Source of the DNA: Eledone cirrhosa
Taxonomy: Eukaryota
Reading direction: 5' to 3'
Assembly: GCA_964016885.1 (NCBI GenBank)
Contig: OZ024740.1
Coordinates: 253,270,001-253,334,000, forward strand
Length of the DNA: 64,000 nucleotides
A program made the position numbers and the translations under genes. Below the pieces are notes generated by a model. The model worked only from the letters and a program-made list of their open reading frames with translations. It was not told the DNA's origin and did not search any database. Positions 23,701 through 33,899 of this stretch are shown here, piece by piece; within the stretch, counting starts at the first letter, position 1, and every line of letters starts with the position of its first letter.

Positions 23701-26415
23701 TGCTTGATTAAGAGGGCTTCCTTAATTCTCAGCGTGCTAATACTGCATTCAGTAGCTAAGATTGTGGTGGTATTGTTGTCTCGGTTTCCACATTTGATGA
23801 TGTGTTTGCAGAAGGAAGAGGAGTTGGTGTTAGCATGCTCTCTAATACGGAGATATAACTGTCGAATTGCGCTACCTGTGTAAAATAGATTGCATTTGTT
23901 ACATTCTAGCCTGTATACTACGTAGGTACGTAGGCAACAATTAGTGTTGCGGATAGGGCAATTGGCTAGGGTGCATCCGTTATCCTCGTGGGGGGGGGGG
24001 GGGGCTTGTGGAGAGGCACCTTCGCAGGGAAGGCCCAGAGTGAGCTAGCTTGACATTGAGGCCCTCTCTTCTGATGGCTTTGTGTATGGCGTTGGTGGTT
24101 TCCTCGTAGAGATGTAGGATCTTGAAGAAGCAACTGTTGTTTGTGTTGGTCCGGTCTCTGGGTCTGGGGTTTCGTCGTGGGGTGGAGAAGGAAACTGAGT
24201 AGCCGTTAATCTCTAGTATCTTGTGGAATCGTCTGATATGGGTGGCTCTATTAGCAGCATTGCTGCATCGGTTGTGTGTGTGAGCCATTTCGTTGAAGAT
24301 GTACCCTCTTTTAGAGCTGTTGGGGAGGGTAGATTTGTAATGAATAAACAGATCACTGCTGGCCGCTTTGCTATAGAAATTGGTGTGGATTTCACCGCTA
24401 TCAGATATATTCATTTTTAAATGAAGAAGAGCGAGGGACCCGAAGTTGGTGGGAGGTTCGATGCTGAACTGGATGTTATTGTTAGCATTGTTGAAATATT
24501 CGAAATCTTGTTGGCATTCTCCTTGGTGGATGTGACGATGAGTATATCATCTACATATCTAATGAAGAAAGCGCAGGTGTCGCAGGAGCTGAGTACTCGG
24601 CATTCAAGCCTGTTCACATATGAAATGGCCTATAAACCCGAGAGGCTGGATCCCATGGGTAGTTGGTAGGTTTGTCCCAGGAAGTTGAAAAAGGCGTTAT
24701 TTACAATGGTGGATGTCGGTGGTGGTGGTGAAGCTGAAACAATCCAGGTCGTTGAAACCAACACATTCAGTGTATATGTCCACTGCCGAGAGTGCAGATA
24801 CCGATGTGTAGAGGGATACAACATCTGGGCTGAAGGCGTACCCGTTGGATTTGAGAGTGTCAAGTTCTATTTTGTTGAGTGGCTGGATGACATCCTCCAA
24901 GCTGTAGACGTGACCCGGAAATGTTGTCAACAGGAGCTTTAAAATCTTGGACAGAAGCCAAGAGATTTTATATGATGGTCCTTCCACACTGGAGACAAAT
25001 GGGTCTAATTTTCAGGTCAGGTCCTTCCTTGTGGGTTTTGATCAGATGGTAGAAGTTGGGCAGCCTGCTGTTTCTTGTTATGTAATTGTACAGGAATCTC
25101 TCCGGGAGCCTTCGTCAGTCGCAGATGCTGGTCCAGGAGGTGTTGATCCGGTTCTCTATCAGCGCGGGTGTAATTCCAGTGACTTCCGTGTAGAGACTGT
25201 CGTCGTTGAGATGTTGGTAGGCTAGGTTGTTGTAGGCATCTCTGCTGATAACACAAAACACTTTTCCCTTGTCCGATGGGAGGTATACAAGGTTCTTAGA
25301 TCTGAGGTTGTTTAGGGTAGAGAGTTGTGGTCTGGAAAGGTTTGTGGTGAGTATGTGTGTGTTTTTGTAGGATGTTAGTAATGGTAAGTTTTAACCGTGA
25401 GAGTTTATTCTCGAGATCACGGTTGGCGGGTGGAGGGTGTAGTAATTTGTCGGGAAGGTAGGAGATGAATTTTGAGTCCATTGTGGAGGTCTCTGAAGTG
25501 TCGATGAAAGACAATCACTTGAGCTTGTAGGCGGTTCTGTAGAAATTGGCCTCAATGTCGAGTATAAGTCTTTCGTCAAATTTCTGCGTCAGGATGAACC
25601 TGGGTCTGAGACGGAGGAGTTGCATTTCATCGTCGGAAAGAGTCCCGGTTAGATCTGTAATGAGGTGTAGGTTGTCATCAGTCTGCGAATCAAGGAGGGT
25701 GGTGTTCATAGAGTCGGTGGGGTTAGTGTTGTAGTGTTTGTCGCGTTCAACATGTTGAACCCCGACTCCATTAGAGTTAGAGGTGATCTGGTAGGGAGGA
25801 GTGTTGTCATCAGGTTTAGCGCTATTCCTAGCTTTTGTCTGTTTTTTAAAGGTCCAGTCGAATTTATGTTTGAGATGTTCTTTCTCAAATTGGACCCGGG
25901 CATGGTAGCACTGGTCGATAGCGGCTGTAGTAGTATGGAGCAGGCTGTCGCATATTATTCTAAGTAAAAGCATCTGTTCTGAGATTTCCGTGTGTGTAGG
26001 TGGAGGTGTAAATTTCGTATGAATTTCTTTACTTTATGCAGGTCTGGTGTATATGTTTGATGAATCCTGAAGAATTGAGGCCTCGTGGGAGGCGAATATT
26101 TTTTATGGTGTTGGGGATTACATCGTTCTTCAGACAGCGTTTAAGAAAATTAATCTGGCAGCCAATCCTTGCTCGTTTCTCCGATAATCTAAAAAGTCCC
26201 TTTATGGATGCAAACTGGTCCCGGCTCAGGTATAAAGATAAGAGAGTTTTGTAACTCGCTTGAAGCATTGTTGAATAGGAAACACAAATTTAAATAAGAT
26301 TCTTTTGTTATCTTGGCGATTTAATGTTTCTTCCTAACGCATTGTTTTGGTTTTCAAAATTATTTAAATTTGTGTTTCCTATTCAACAATGCTTCAAAAA
26401 AGCTATAAAACTCTG
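23701..26415 (-). mobile_element. Penelope-like element, copy A (decayed; RT plus C-terminal GIY-YIG; 3'-truncated; inverted 5' end)
   Basis: N-terminus MLQASYKTLL at 26268; PSDKGK, DVVSLYT, LPMGSSLSG and RYVDD motifs; VVYRLECNKCNLFYTGSAIR; homologous to 28461-30704. Confidence 0.85.
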
Positions 26416-26768
26416 TTATATATATATATATATATATTTACATGCGTGGGATTTATAAAAGTTGTGTTTAGCAATCTCTGTAATTGTATACATGTTTGTA
26501 TGCATGTGTTCAAAACGCAGAGACCTGAGAAACGATTTTGGGGTCAGTTGAGTTATGACAGCGAACTGCTGTTCTTATTCAGATTAGTAAACAATAAATA
26601 TGAAGATAGATTTTTTTTTCTCATAATTATTTCAAAATATCTATATTTTATTTTTTAAATATCAAAATTGTAATGATAATAGAATTTAGAAATGAAAATC
26701 TGTCAATCTTGAAGCACCTTAGTGTAAATAATATTCATGCATGTATAGATGTGTGTGTGTATTTAATA

Positions 26769-27745
26769 ACGTACCTAATGAACGCACAAACACAAACTCA
26801 CCGACACATATATATTGATATACAAAATGTGACGTCGTTGTGTTGTCTTCTATTGTTTTAATCCAAATGAAAATAAAAATTATCACACATATACTCACAC
26901 GCACATACACTCTCACATACACTCACAAACACGTACACTCACACACACATACACTCTCACATACACTCACACACACATACACTCCCACATACACTCACAT
27001 ACATATACTGAGACAGACACACACAGACATACATTCATGTACACCTTTCTGTCATCACATATGTATCTGTATGTGTAGATGTATGTGTGTAAAGATAATG
27101 TGTATGCAACTTACTAAAGATATATGTATGTGTAGATGTGTGTGTGTGTTTAATTCTCTGAGGCCTAACGTACATAAGGAACTCGCAGACACACACACTC
27201 ACAGACACATGTACAAAATATACAAAATGTGACGTCATGGTGGTGGTGGTGGTTTACTATAGTTGACTAAAGAAAATATTGTTATGTCAGTCAAGACAGA
27301 TACACTCACACACACATGCACTCACACATACACTCACACACACATACACTCGAAAGTATATTTACATACATATACTAAGACAGACAGATACACATAGAAA
27401 ATGTGGTGTTTACACTCTCACATACACTCACACACATTTTGTGTGTGTGTGTTTAATTCTCTGAGGCCTAGCGTACATAACGAACGCACAAACACACACT
27501 GACAGACACAGACACACTCATATACAAAATGTGACGTCGTCGTCGTCGTCATGGTTTATTATAGTTAACTATAAAAATAATATTTTAGATAAAATGTTAT
27601 ATTGTTTTAATCCAAATGAAAATAAAAATTTCATGTTGACACTCCCGGGGTCTAATACATTGTAAAATTTGATTTGATTTGGTTCAGCCATTAGAGAATG
27701 CATAGGAACAGACAGACAGAGAGACAAAGAATTTTATATATGAAG
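26769..27745 (+). repeat. Three degenerate tandem units separated by CA/TG microsatellites; the end resembles a non-autonomous Helitron-type element
   Basis: A CGTACATAA...TACAAAATGTGACGTC unit recurs near 26770, 27168 and 27471; ends GGTTCAGCC...(GACA)n...TTTTATATAT. Confidence 0.45.
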
Positions 27746-27790
27746 AGATAATTGCACCCATCTCCCCCCTCTCACTCTCTCTCTCTCTCT

Positions 27791-27794
<4 letters not shown>

Positions 27795-27864
<70 letters not shown>
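27795..27864. repeat. (TA)n microsatellite
   Basis: Direct reading. Confidence 0.95.
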
Positions 27865-27866
<2 letters not shown>

Positions 27867-28460
27867 AGGAGGTTATAGTTCACTTGAAGCATTGTGTAAT
27901 GAGATATAAACGTTTGAATATGTGTAATAAGGCCAAGACAATGCAGGTATGGACATAGAAAAAAGAATGCAATAGTGATGTGAATTCGTCTTTCACCTTG
28001 AATTTATTTAAATGTCCTTAATTTTCGAGATAATATCTCTTCTTCGGAGGGAAGTAAAGGTCTCAAACCAGCGTCTTTAAATCTCTAGCCAAGCCATGCT
28101 GACCGGAAATAGTATAGAGTATCTGTTCTAACTCTAATATCAAAGAATTAAAATTAGGTGGATAAAGAGTAGTCTCCCTTTAAGAGGGGTTTGTTTACGG
28201 TTTTTTTTTTGGTTTTTTTTTTTAATTTTATATACGTGCCTGTATATGTGTGTGGGAGAATGCATGAATGTGTAGGTATGTGGGTGTGTGTGTGTGAGTG
28301 TGGGAAGATAGGTCTAATCGTAAAAGTGGGGGGTAGGTGTTATCTGGTGTTAGAACTGGTTTTGTGCGTGTATGTGTGAGAGAGAATAAGTGGAGGTGTA
28401 AGCGTGTGTGTGTGCGCGTGCGTGTGTGTGGGGTGTGTAAAAATGGGGCTAGAGGCCCTA
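27865..28460 (-). mobile_element. 3' pLTR/tail of Penelope-like copy B
   Basis: Downstream of the stop codon: hammerhead-like motif at 28013-28051, AAG|GTGAA donor, then ATG 27892 encoding MLQVNYNLL, homologous to the copy A N-terminus. Confidence 0.7.
28013..28051 (-). ncRNA. Minimal hammerhead-ribozyme-like motif (one core substitution)
   Basis: CCT-CCGAAGA-A-GAGAT(ATT)ATCTC-GAAA-ATTA-AGG matches stem I / CUGANGA / stem II / GAAA, with U4 changed to C. Confidence 0.6.
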
Positions 28461-30704
28461 TCAGGTTATAAATTGGGTGTTGAGCTCTAGTCTATTATTG
28501 ATTGGTGGATGTGTTCTATCTATAATAAGTGCTTCCTTAATTCTAAGATTGCCGAGGTTTCTTTCCTTAGTTTCTATCCTAACTGTTATGTTTTTATCGG
28601 TGTTTTTGCATTTAACTAGGTGTTTCTTAAATGAGGAAGCGTTAGTATTGAGGTGTTCTTTAATTCTTATGTGGAGTGGTCTGGTGGTGCTACCTACGTA
28701 GAAGTTGTTGCATTTGTCACACTCTAGTATGTATACTACGTAAGCCTGGTGGCATAGGTCTGTGTCGTTGATGGGGCAGTTGGCTAGTCTGCAGCAGTTG
28801 TCATGTCTGGTGGAGTGTCTCTTGGCCAGCCGTCCGCGCAGAGAAGGACCCGAGTGGGCCAGTTGGATATCCAGTCCCTCTCGTCTGATGGCTCTGCGGA
28901 TGGCTGTTGTTGTTTCTTCACTGAAGTGTGGGAGCTTCATGAAGCAAGTGTTAGTGCCTCGGGTGTGGTGTCCTCTGTTCTTTCTGGCACGGTTTGTGGT
29001 GGATGTCGTGTATCCGTTCAGTTTGAGTACTTCCAGGAAATGTGTGGTGTGTGTGTCTCGGTCTCTGGCGTCGGTGCATTTGTTCTTGATACGTGCCAGT
29101 TCGTTCTTTATGTATCCGAATTTGGCACCGAGTGGGAGGGCCGATCTGAAATGTACGAACAGGTCCCTGCTGGCGGATTTTTTATAGAAGCAGGTGTGGA
29201 TGTTGCCTTCCTCTGTTACCCTGAGTTGGAAGTCCAGTAGGGATAGGGATCCGCGGTCATCGGGGTGTTCCATGCTGAACTTTATACTGGCGTCCATGCT
29301 GGAGAATGTTGTGTATATTTTCTCTGCCTCCTCACGGGATGATGTAAGGATGAGTATGTCATCTACATATCGGGTGAAGAAGGCATGGGAATGGCAGGTG
29401 TTGAGGGCTCGGCATTCTAGCTGGTTCATGTAGGTGATGGCCAGCAGGCCCGAAAGGCTGGATCCCATGGGTAATCCTGTTGTCTGTCTGTATGTGTGGT
29501 GGTGGAAGGTGAAGTACGTGTTGTCTACTGTGAAGGACAAAAGCTGGTGTATGTCCGTCGGGTGGAGGCCGTAGCAGTGGATGTTCTCTGCGACCACGCA
29601 GTCCGTCAATAAATCGGCAGCTGGGTGAGCGGGGACTGTAGTGTAGAGGGAGACAACGTCGAGGCTAAAAGCGTATTTATTTAGTTTAAGTTGTTCTGGC
29701 TGGAGTTGGTGTAATCTACGTATAACTTCGTCGGAGCTACTGACATGTCCGGGGAAGGTGGAGAGTAGAGGCTTGAGGACCTGGGAGAGAAGCCAGGAAA
29801 TTTTGTATAGGGGTCCTTCTATGCTAGAGACGATGGGTCTTATTTGCGTCTTAGTGCTATTCTTGTGGGTCTTGATGAGGTGGTAGAAAGTGGGCAGTCT
29901 GCTATTTCTAGTGGTGTAGTTGAGTTTAATTTTATTCGGGAGTTGTCTTCTCCTACAGATATCGAACCAAATGGAATTGGTCTGTTTTTCGATTTGTGCT
30001 GCGGTCATGTCCGGGATCACTGTGTACAATTCACTGTCGCTTAGGTGTTCGAAGGCTAGGTTATTGTATGTGGCTTGAGAGATGACGCAGAACTCTTTAC
30101 CTTTGTCGGATGGTAAGTAAATAAGTTCCTTATTCCGTAGGTTCTTCAGGGCGAGTTGTTGTGTCCTGGAGAGGTTAGGGGCCATCTTCTTCTGTTTCCG
30201 TAAGATGTTAAATACGGAATGTTTTAGTCTCGAGAGTTTTTCTTCCAGCTCGCGGTTGGCGGGCGGTGGATAGAGTGGGCGATCTAGTTGGTATATCGGG
30301 AATCTGGGTGTGGTGGATTCCGTGGTGTTGTTGTCGAGAGTCGATATCCATTTCAGTTGGTAGGCAGTCCGACAGAAATTCGTTTCTATGTCGAGCCATA
30401 GTCTGTCGTCCAGTCTCTGTTTCAATATGAACTTGGGACCCAGGCTGAGGAGGTCTAATTCCTCTCGGAAGAGGGATCCTGTCAAGTCTGTGACGAGGTC
30501 TTTTGCGTCAGGTGTGTTGTTGGTCGGGGTGCCGCTAGGTTCAGTGTTGGTAACGTATTGTTCGCCTCTGCTGGTGTTTAGCGTTGGGATGTTGTTAAGA
30601 CAGTTGGCCGTCCTGAGTTTGAGAAATTTCGCAAAAATTTCGCAAAAATTTCGCAAACTCAGGACGGCCAACTGTCTTAACAACATCCCAACGCTAAACA
30701 CCAA
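28461..30704 (-). CDS. Penelope-like element RT plus GIY-YIG endonuclease (uninterrupted, 5'-truncated)
   Basis: 747-codon ORF: PSDKGK, IRPIVS, LDVVSLYT, GLPMGSSLSG, RYVDD, LLDF; Cys-rich linker; VVYILECDKCNNFYVGSTTRPLHIRIKEH. The first ~30 aa derive from the inverted repeat, so the true N-terminus is missing. Confidence 0.92.
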   Translation of the reverse strand: MVFSVGMLLRQLAVLSLRNFCEIFAKFLKLRTANCLNNIPTLNTSRGEQYVTNTEPSGTPTNNTPDAKDLVTDLTGSLFREELDLLSLGPKFILKQRLDDRLWLDIETNFCRTAYQLKWISTLDNNTTESTTPRFPIYQLDRPLYPPPANRELEEKLSRLKHSVFNILRKQKKMAPNLSRTQQLALKNLRNKELIYLPSDKGKEFCVISQATYNNLAFEHLSDSELYTVIPDMTAAQIEKQTNSIWFDICRRRQLPNKIKLNYTTRNSRLPTFYHLIKTHKNSTKTQIRPIVSSIEGPLYKISWLLSQVLKPLLSTFPGHVSSSDEVIRRLHQLQPEQLKLNKYAFSLDVVSLYTTVPAHPAADLLTDCVVAENIHCYGLHPTDIHQLLSFTVDNTYFTFHHHTYRQTTGLPMGSSLSGLLAITYMNQLECRALNTCHSHAFFTRYVDDILILTSSREEAEKIYTTFSSMDASIKFSMEHPDDRGSLSLLDFQLRVTEEGNIHTCFYKKSASRDLFVHFRSALPLGAKFGYIKNELARIKNKCTDARDRDTHTTHFLEVLKLNGYTTSTTNRARKNRGHHTRGTNTCFMKLPHFSEETTTAIRRAIRREGLDIQLAHSGPSLRGRLAKRHSTRHDNCCRLANCPINDTDLCHQAYVVYILECDKCNNFYVGSTTRPLHIRIKEHLNTNASSFKKHLVKCKNTDKNITVRIETKERNLGNLRIKEALIIDRTHPPINNRLELNTQFIT

Positions 30705-31638
30705 CAGAAACTCGTTACAGCACGTTTGGTCGGGAGTTATTAGCCATATATCTGTCGTTGAAACATTTTTCTCATATTCTTGAGGGAAGAACCTTTACGG
30801 TTTTCACTGACCACAAACCTCTGACCTTCGCTTTGAGGGCTAAAACCGACAAATATTCATCCAGAGAGACAATTTCGGTGGATATATTAAAAAGGGCATA
30901 CACCTAGGCCACAAATACCCCAATCTTGTGCATACACCTGCTCCTTTTGCCCCACCTCCACCTACATAGAAGACCCGTTCTGGTCGAAGAGTCCACTGGC
31001 CCAAAAAACTCAGTCAGACATTTTTTATATGAACTGGCCACTGGAGCCTTTTGTTTTCTTTTTCTTTGTATTATGTATGCATGTACCCTTTTATTTTTTG
31101 TTATTGTTTCCTACCTTTGCTTGGAACCCATTCTTGCGGGTTCGCTACAATTACCTTCGGGCTTTTCGTCTATCGTCTGGGGGAGGGTATTGTAGTGACC
31201 CCTACCGGTGAAACCCAGAACTCATGAGAGTAATGTCCCTTGGGGACGGTAGTGACCCCTAGTGTCACCTACAAGAAGTATTCGGAGTTACGTCCCCATG
31301 GGGACTATATATTGAGACCGCCAGAGCGTTCTATCTCTCTTATTCAACGCAGCAGCCCTGGAGAACGGAGCCGATTTCGCCCACTCCACTCCAGCCTCCA
31401 CCCACGACACGTGGGGATGCAAATACCAGCCTACTCCAGTGAACATGTTAAGCGCAACTCTCTCGCCCACTATGGTCTAAAACTCACCAACAGCCTCATG
31501 TACCAACTACACCATTACATCGTTCAACTTTCACAACTCCGGTAATATATGTATTGTTCTATTTTTGACTTCCACAAAGTAAACCTTTCTACAAAAAAGT
31601 AAATCAGCCTTTTATGTTATTTCCAAAACTGTTGTAAT
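30704..31638 (+). mobile_element. Gypsy remnant: RNase H fragment, integrase C-terminal end, PPT and LTR
   Basis: TETRYSTFGRELLAIYLSLKHF..EGRTFTVFTDHKPL read from 30704; GRRVHWP near 30980; GGGGAGGG PPT followed by TGTAGTG at 31191. The LTR end is approximate. Confidence 0.75.
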
Positions 31639-31669
31639 AATATATGATAATACCATGCTCCTAAAAGGC

Positions 31670-31810
31670 GATTAAGGAAATTAAAAGGGGTAAGGCTGCT
31701 GGACCATCGGGGATAGTTGCTGAGATGTTGAAGGCATCAGAAGTAAGAAATAAATATAGTCCATCAAATTATATATGGCGGAGTGATACCCAAAGACTGG
31801 TGCAGCAGTC
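31670..31810 (+). mobile_element. RTE RT fragment
   Basis: GKAAGPSGIVAEMLKAS...VIPKDWCSS, homologous to 15050-15190. Confidence 0.7.
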
Positions 31811-31844
31811 ATCATCATCGTCATCATAATAATTTTTTGGCATT

Positions 31845-32310
31845 AGTATACTGGTTGGATGCCCTTCCTAACACTAGCACCACATTACAGCATGACTGGG
31901 TACCTTTATTCGTGCCACCAGTACTAGAGGGGCCCCCTCCACCCCATACTTTGGCATAGTTTTTAATGGCTGAATGTCACTTCCATTTTCTCCATTTTAC
32001 AGAATGGACCGGGTGCTTTTATTCGTACCACCAAGCACTAGGGAAGTTGTCTTATTGGACTTAGGGGGCTTCTCCACCTCGCACCAATTTATTTGGAGTG
32101 CTAGCTCTCCTAAACGGGTTGCCTACACTACGGCTTACGGAGTATCCGTCCACCCCGTGACTGCACTGAGTGGTCCTGCGCCGCTAATCAACTATATCAA
32201 GATACTGTTAGTGAGTTTACATTTATCATATGGAGGGAGGGGGCAGCTGGGGAGATGAAAGCGATGAAGAGGTTTTGGGTTTTGGGGGAGTGGGTTTAAG
32301 GTGCTATATG
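31845..32310. repeat. Dispersed repeat (RTE 3' UTR-like), shared with 42205-42600 and partly with 58010-58190
   Basis: Shared blocks CTGGTTGGATGCCCTTCCTA, GGGGCCCCCTCCACCCCATACTTTG and ATATGGAGGGAGGGGGCAGCTGGGGAG. Confidence 0.7.
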
Positions 32311-32906
32311 CACGAAGTCGCTACAGAGATTTCTTAACATAACTTTTACAAACCCTACGCATGTATATATATATATATACAAATGAAAAATGGAGTTAAA
32401 AACTCGTGTTAATGAGCTTAAAGTATAAAAACTGGGCTCTTTATAGTATATAGAAATAAACATACAAAGAAGTGTGTTTTGAATTACATGGGTTGGAAAC
32501 TCTGCATATAATCTATGAACAAATGGAAAATACATAACCGGAAAAAATGAATCAAAATGTACTAACCATTTGAATAACTATTAAACTCCTGGACAAACTA
32601 CCGATAGAGTTTGTTTCGCCATAAATTAGTGGCTGTGTCAGATAACCGTGGGGCTTTTCAACAGGAGTTAGGATTATCTGAACAGCACACCTAGAAATAA
32701 TTTAAGTAACTAAATATCGCACATGGTGTATATAGTAAGAGAACAAGTAAAACCTCGTGTGACAGACAGCACATAGTGGCATGAGTGGATTGTAAAATGG
32801 CTAGAAAAGGCAGCCTAAAGCGACTCAACTTCAATAGAGGGCAAGAGAAATCGTTAGGAGCCGAATTCAAAACACACTTCTTTGTGTGATTATTTCTATA
32901 TATCAT

Positions 32907-33093
32907 GAGGGCGGTGGATTGGCAGTATCGGTAGAGAGTCGGACACCATGCTTTCCAGCATAGTTACGTCCCTTTACAGTCTGAGTTCAAATCCCGCCGA
33001 TGTTTACTTTGCCTTTCATCCTTACGGGGTCGATAAAATAAAGTACCAGTAATACACTGGGTAATTGCTGGCCTTGTGCCTAAAGTAGAAACA
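32907..33093 (+). mobile_element. tRNA-derived SINE, family 1, with 18-bp TSD
   Basis: TSD ATTATTTCTATATATCAT at 32889-32906 and 33094-33111. Confidence 0.9.
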
Positions 33094-33284
33094 ATTATTT
33101 CTATATATCATAAAGAGCCCAGTTTTTATGAAACAAATGTCAGTTGACCAATCGTACATTAAATCAATTGACGTCCCCTCAGCTTTTTTACAGACACACC
33201 CTCTCATACACAGCACTACCATCAATCTTCACCTCCATTAAGATAATACTTTCAAAATAGAAAGAAAGAAGAAAGGATTGGTCC

Positions 33285-33485
33285 ACTTTCGTTAAATCGG
33301 ACCGAGGAAACAATGTTTCCATTGGTGTTTCCAATTGCTAATACTATCGCAACTCCAGGTAGAAGGAGCAACGTGAAATAAAGTGTCTTCCTCAAGGACA
33401 TAACGCATCGCCCGGTCTGGGAATCGAACTCACAACCTCAAGATTGTGAATCCAATTCTCTAACCACTCAGCCACGCACCTCCAC
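33285..33485 (-). mobile_element. tRNA-derived SINE, family 2
   Basis: Reverse complement of the 41112-41336 family: GTGGCTGAGTGG A box, GAGTTCGATTCC B box, TGTCCTTGAG..AGACACT core. Confidence 0.85.
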
Positions 33486-33695
33486 ATTTTCAAAATACCC
33501 CAACCTTAATCACTCGTCTTTTATCATTATCTTTTTATTTTTTATTTCTTATTTTTTATTTTATATTCCACCGATTCATCTATTTAACCCACCTCATCTC
33601 ACTGTATTTGAATGTCACCACTACCCCATCATCCCATTTTATTACACTGACCAGTATCTCCCTTATCATATCATCTCTTCATACCACTTCCCTCT

Positions 33696-33883
33696 GGTAG
33701 TATCGGTAGAGGGCTGGACGCCATGCTTTGCAGCAAAGAGTTACGGCCCTTTATGGTCTGAGTTCAAATCCCGCTAAGGTTAACTTTGCCTTTCATCCTT
33801 ACGGGGTCGATAAAATAAAGTACCAGTAATACACTGGGATAATTGCTGACCTTATGCCAGAAGTAGAAACAATTATTATTATT
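33696..33883 (+). mobile_element. tRNA-derived SINE, family 1
   Basis: Same body and ATT tail as 667-849. Confidence 0.85.
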
Positions 33884-33899
33884 GTCATTACAATTTTAC

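Noticed and set aside
26673-27958. His/Thr- and Tyr/Ile-rich ORFs (also 57204-57644 and 63523-63771)
   Set aside because: CA, TG and TA microsatellite translations with no domain signal.
28461-30704. Selenoprotein or permuted-domain (Naiad-type) Penelope
   Set aside because: The GIY-YIG domain is C-terminal and there is no in-frame TGA within the ORF.
30388-30783. Plus-strand ORF sharing peptide sequence with the Penelope N-terminus
   Set aside because: Artefact of the 50-bp inverted repeat; it is antisense to the real ORF.
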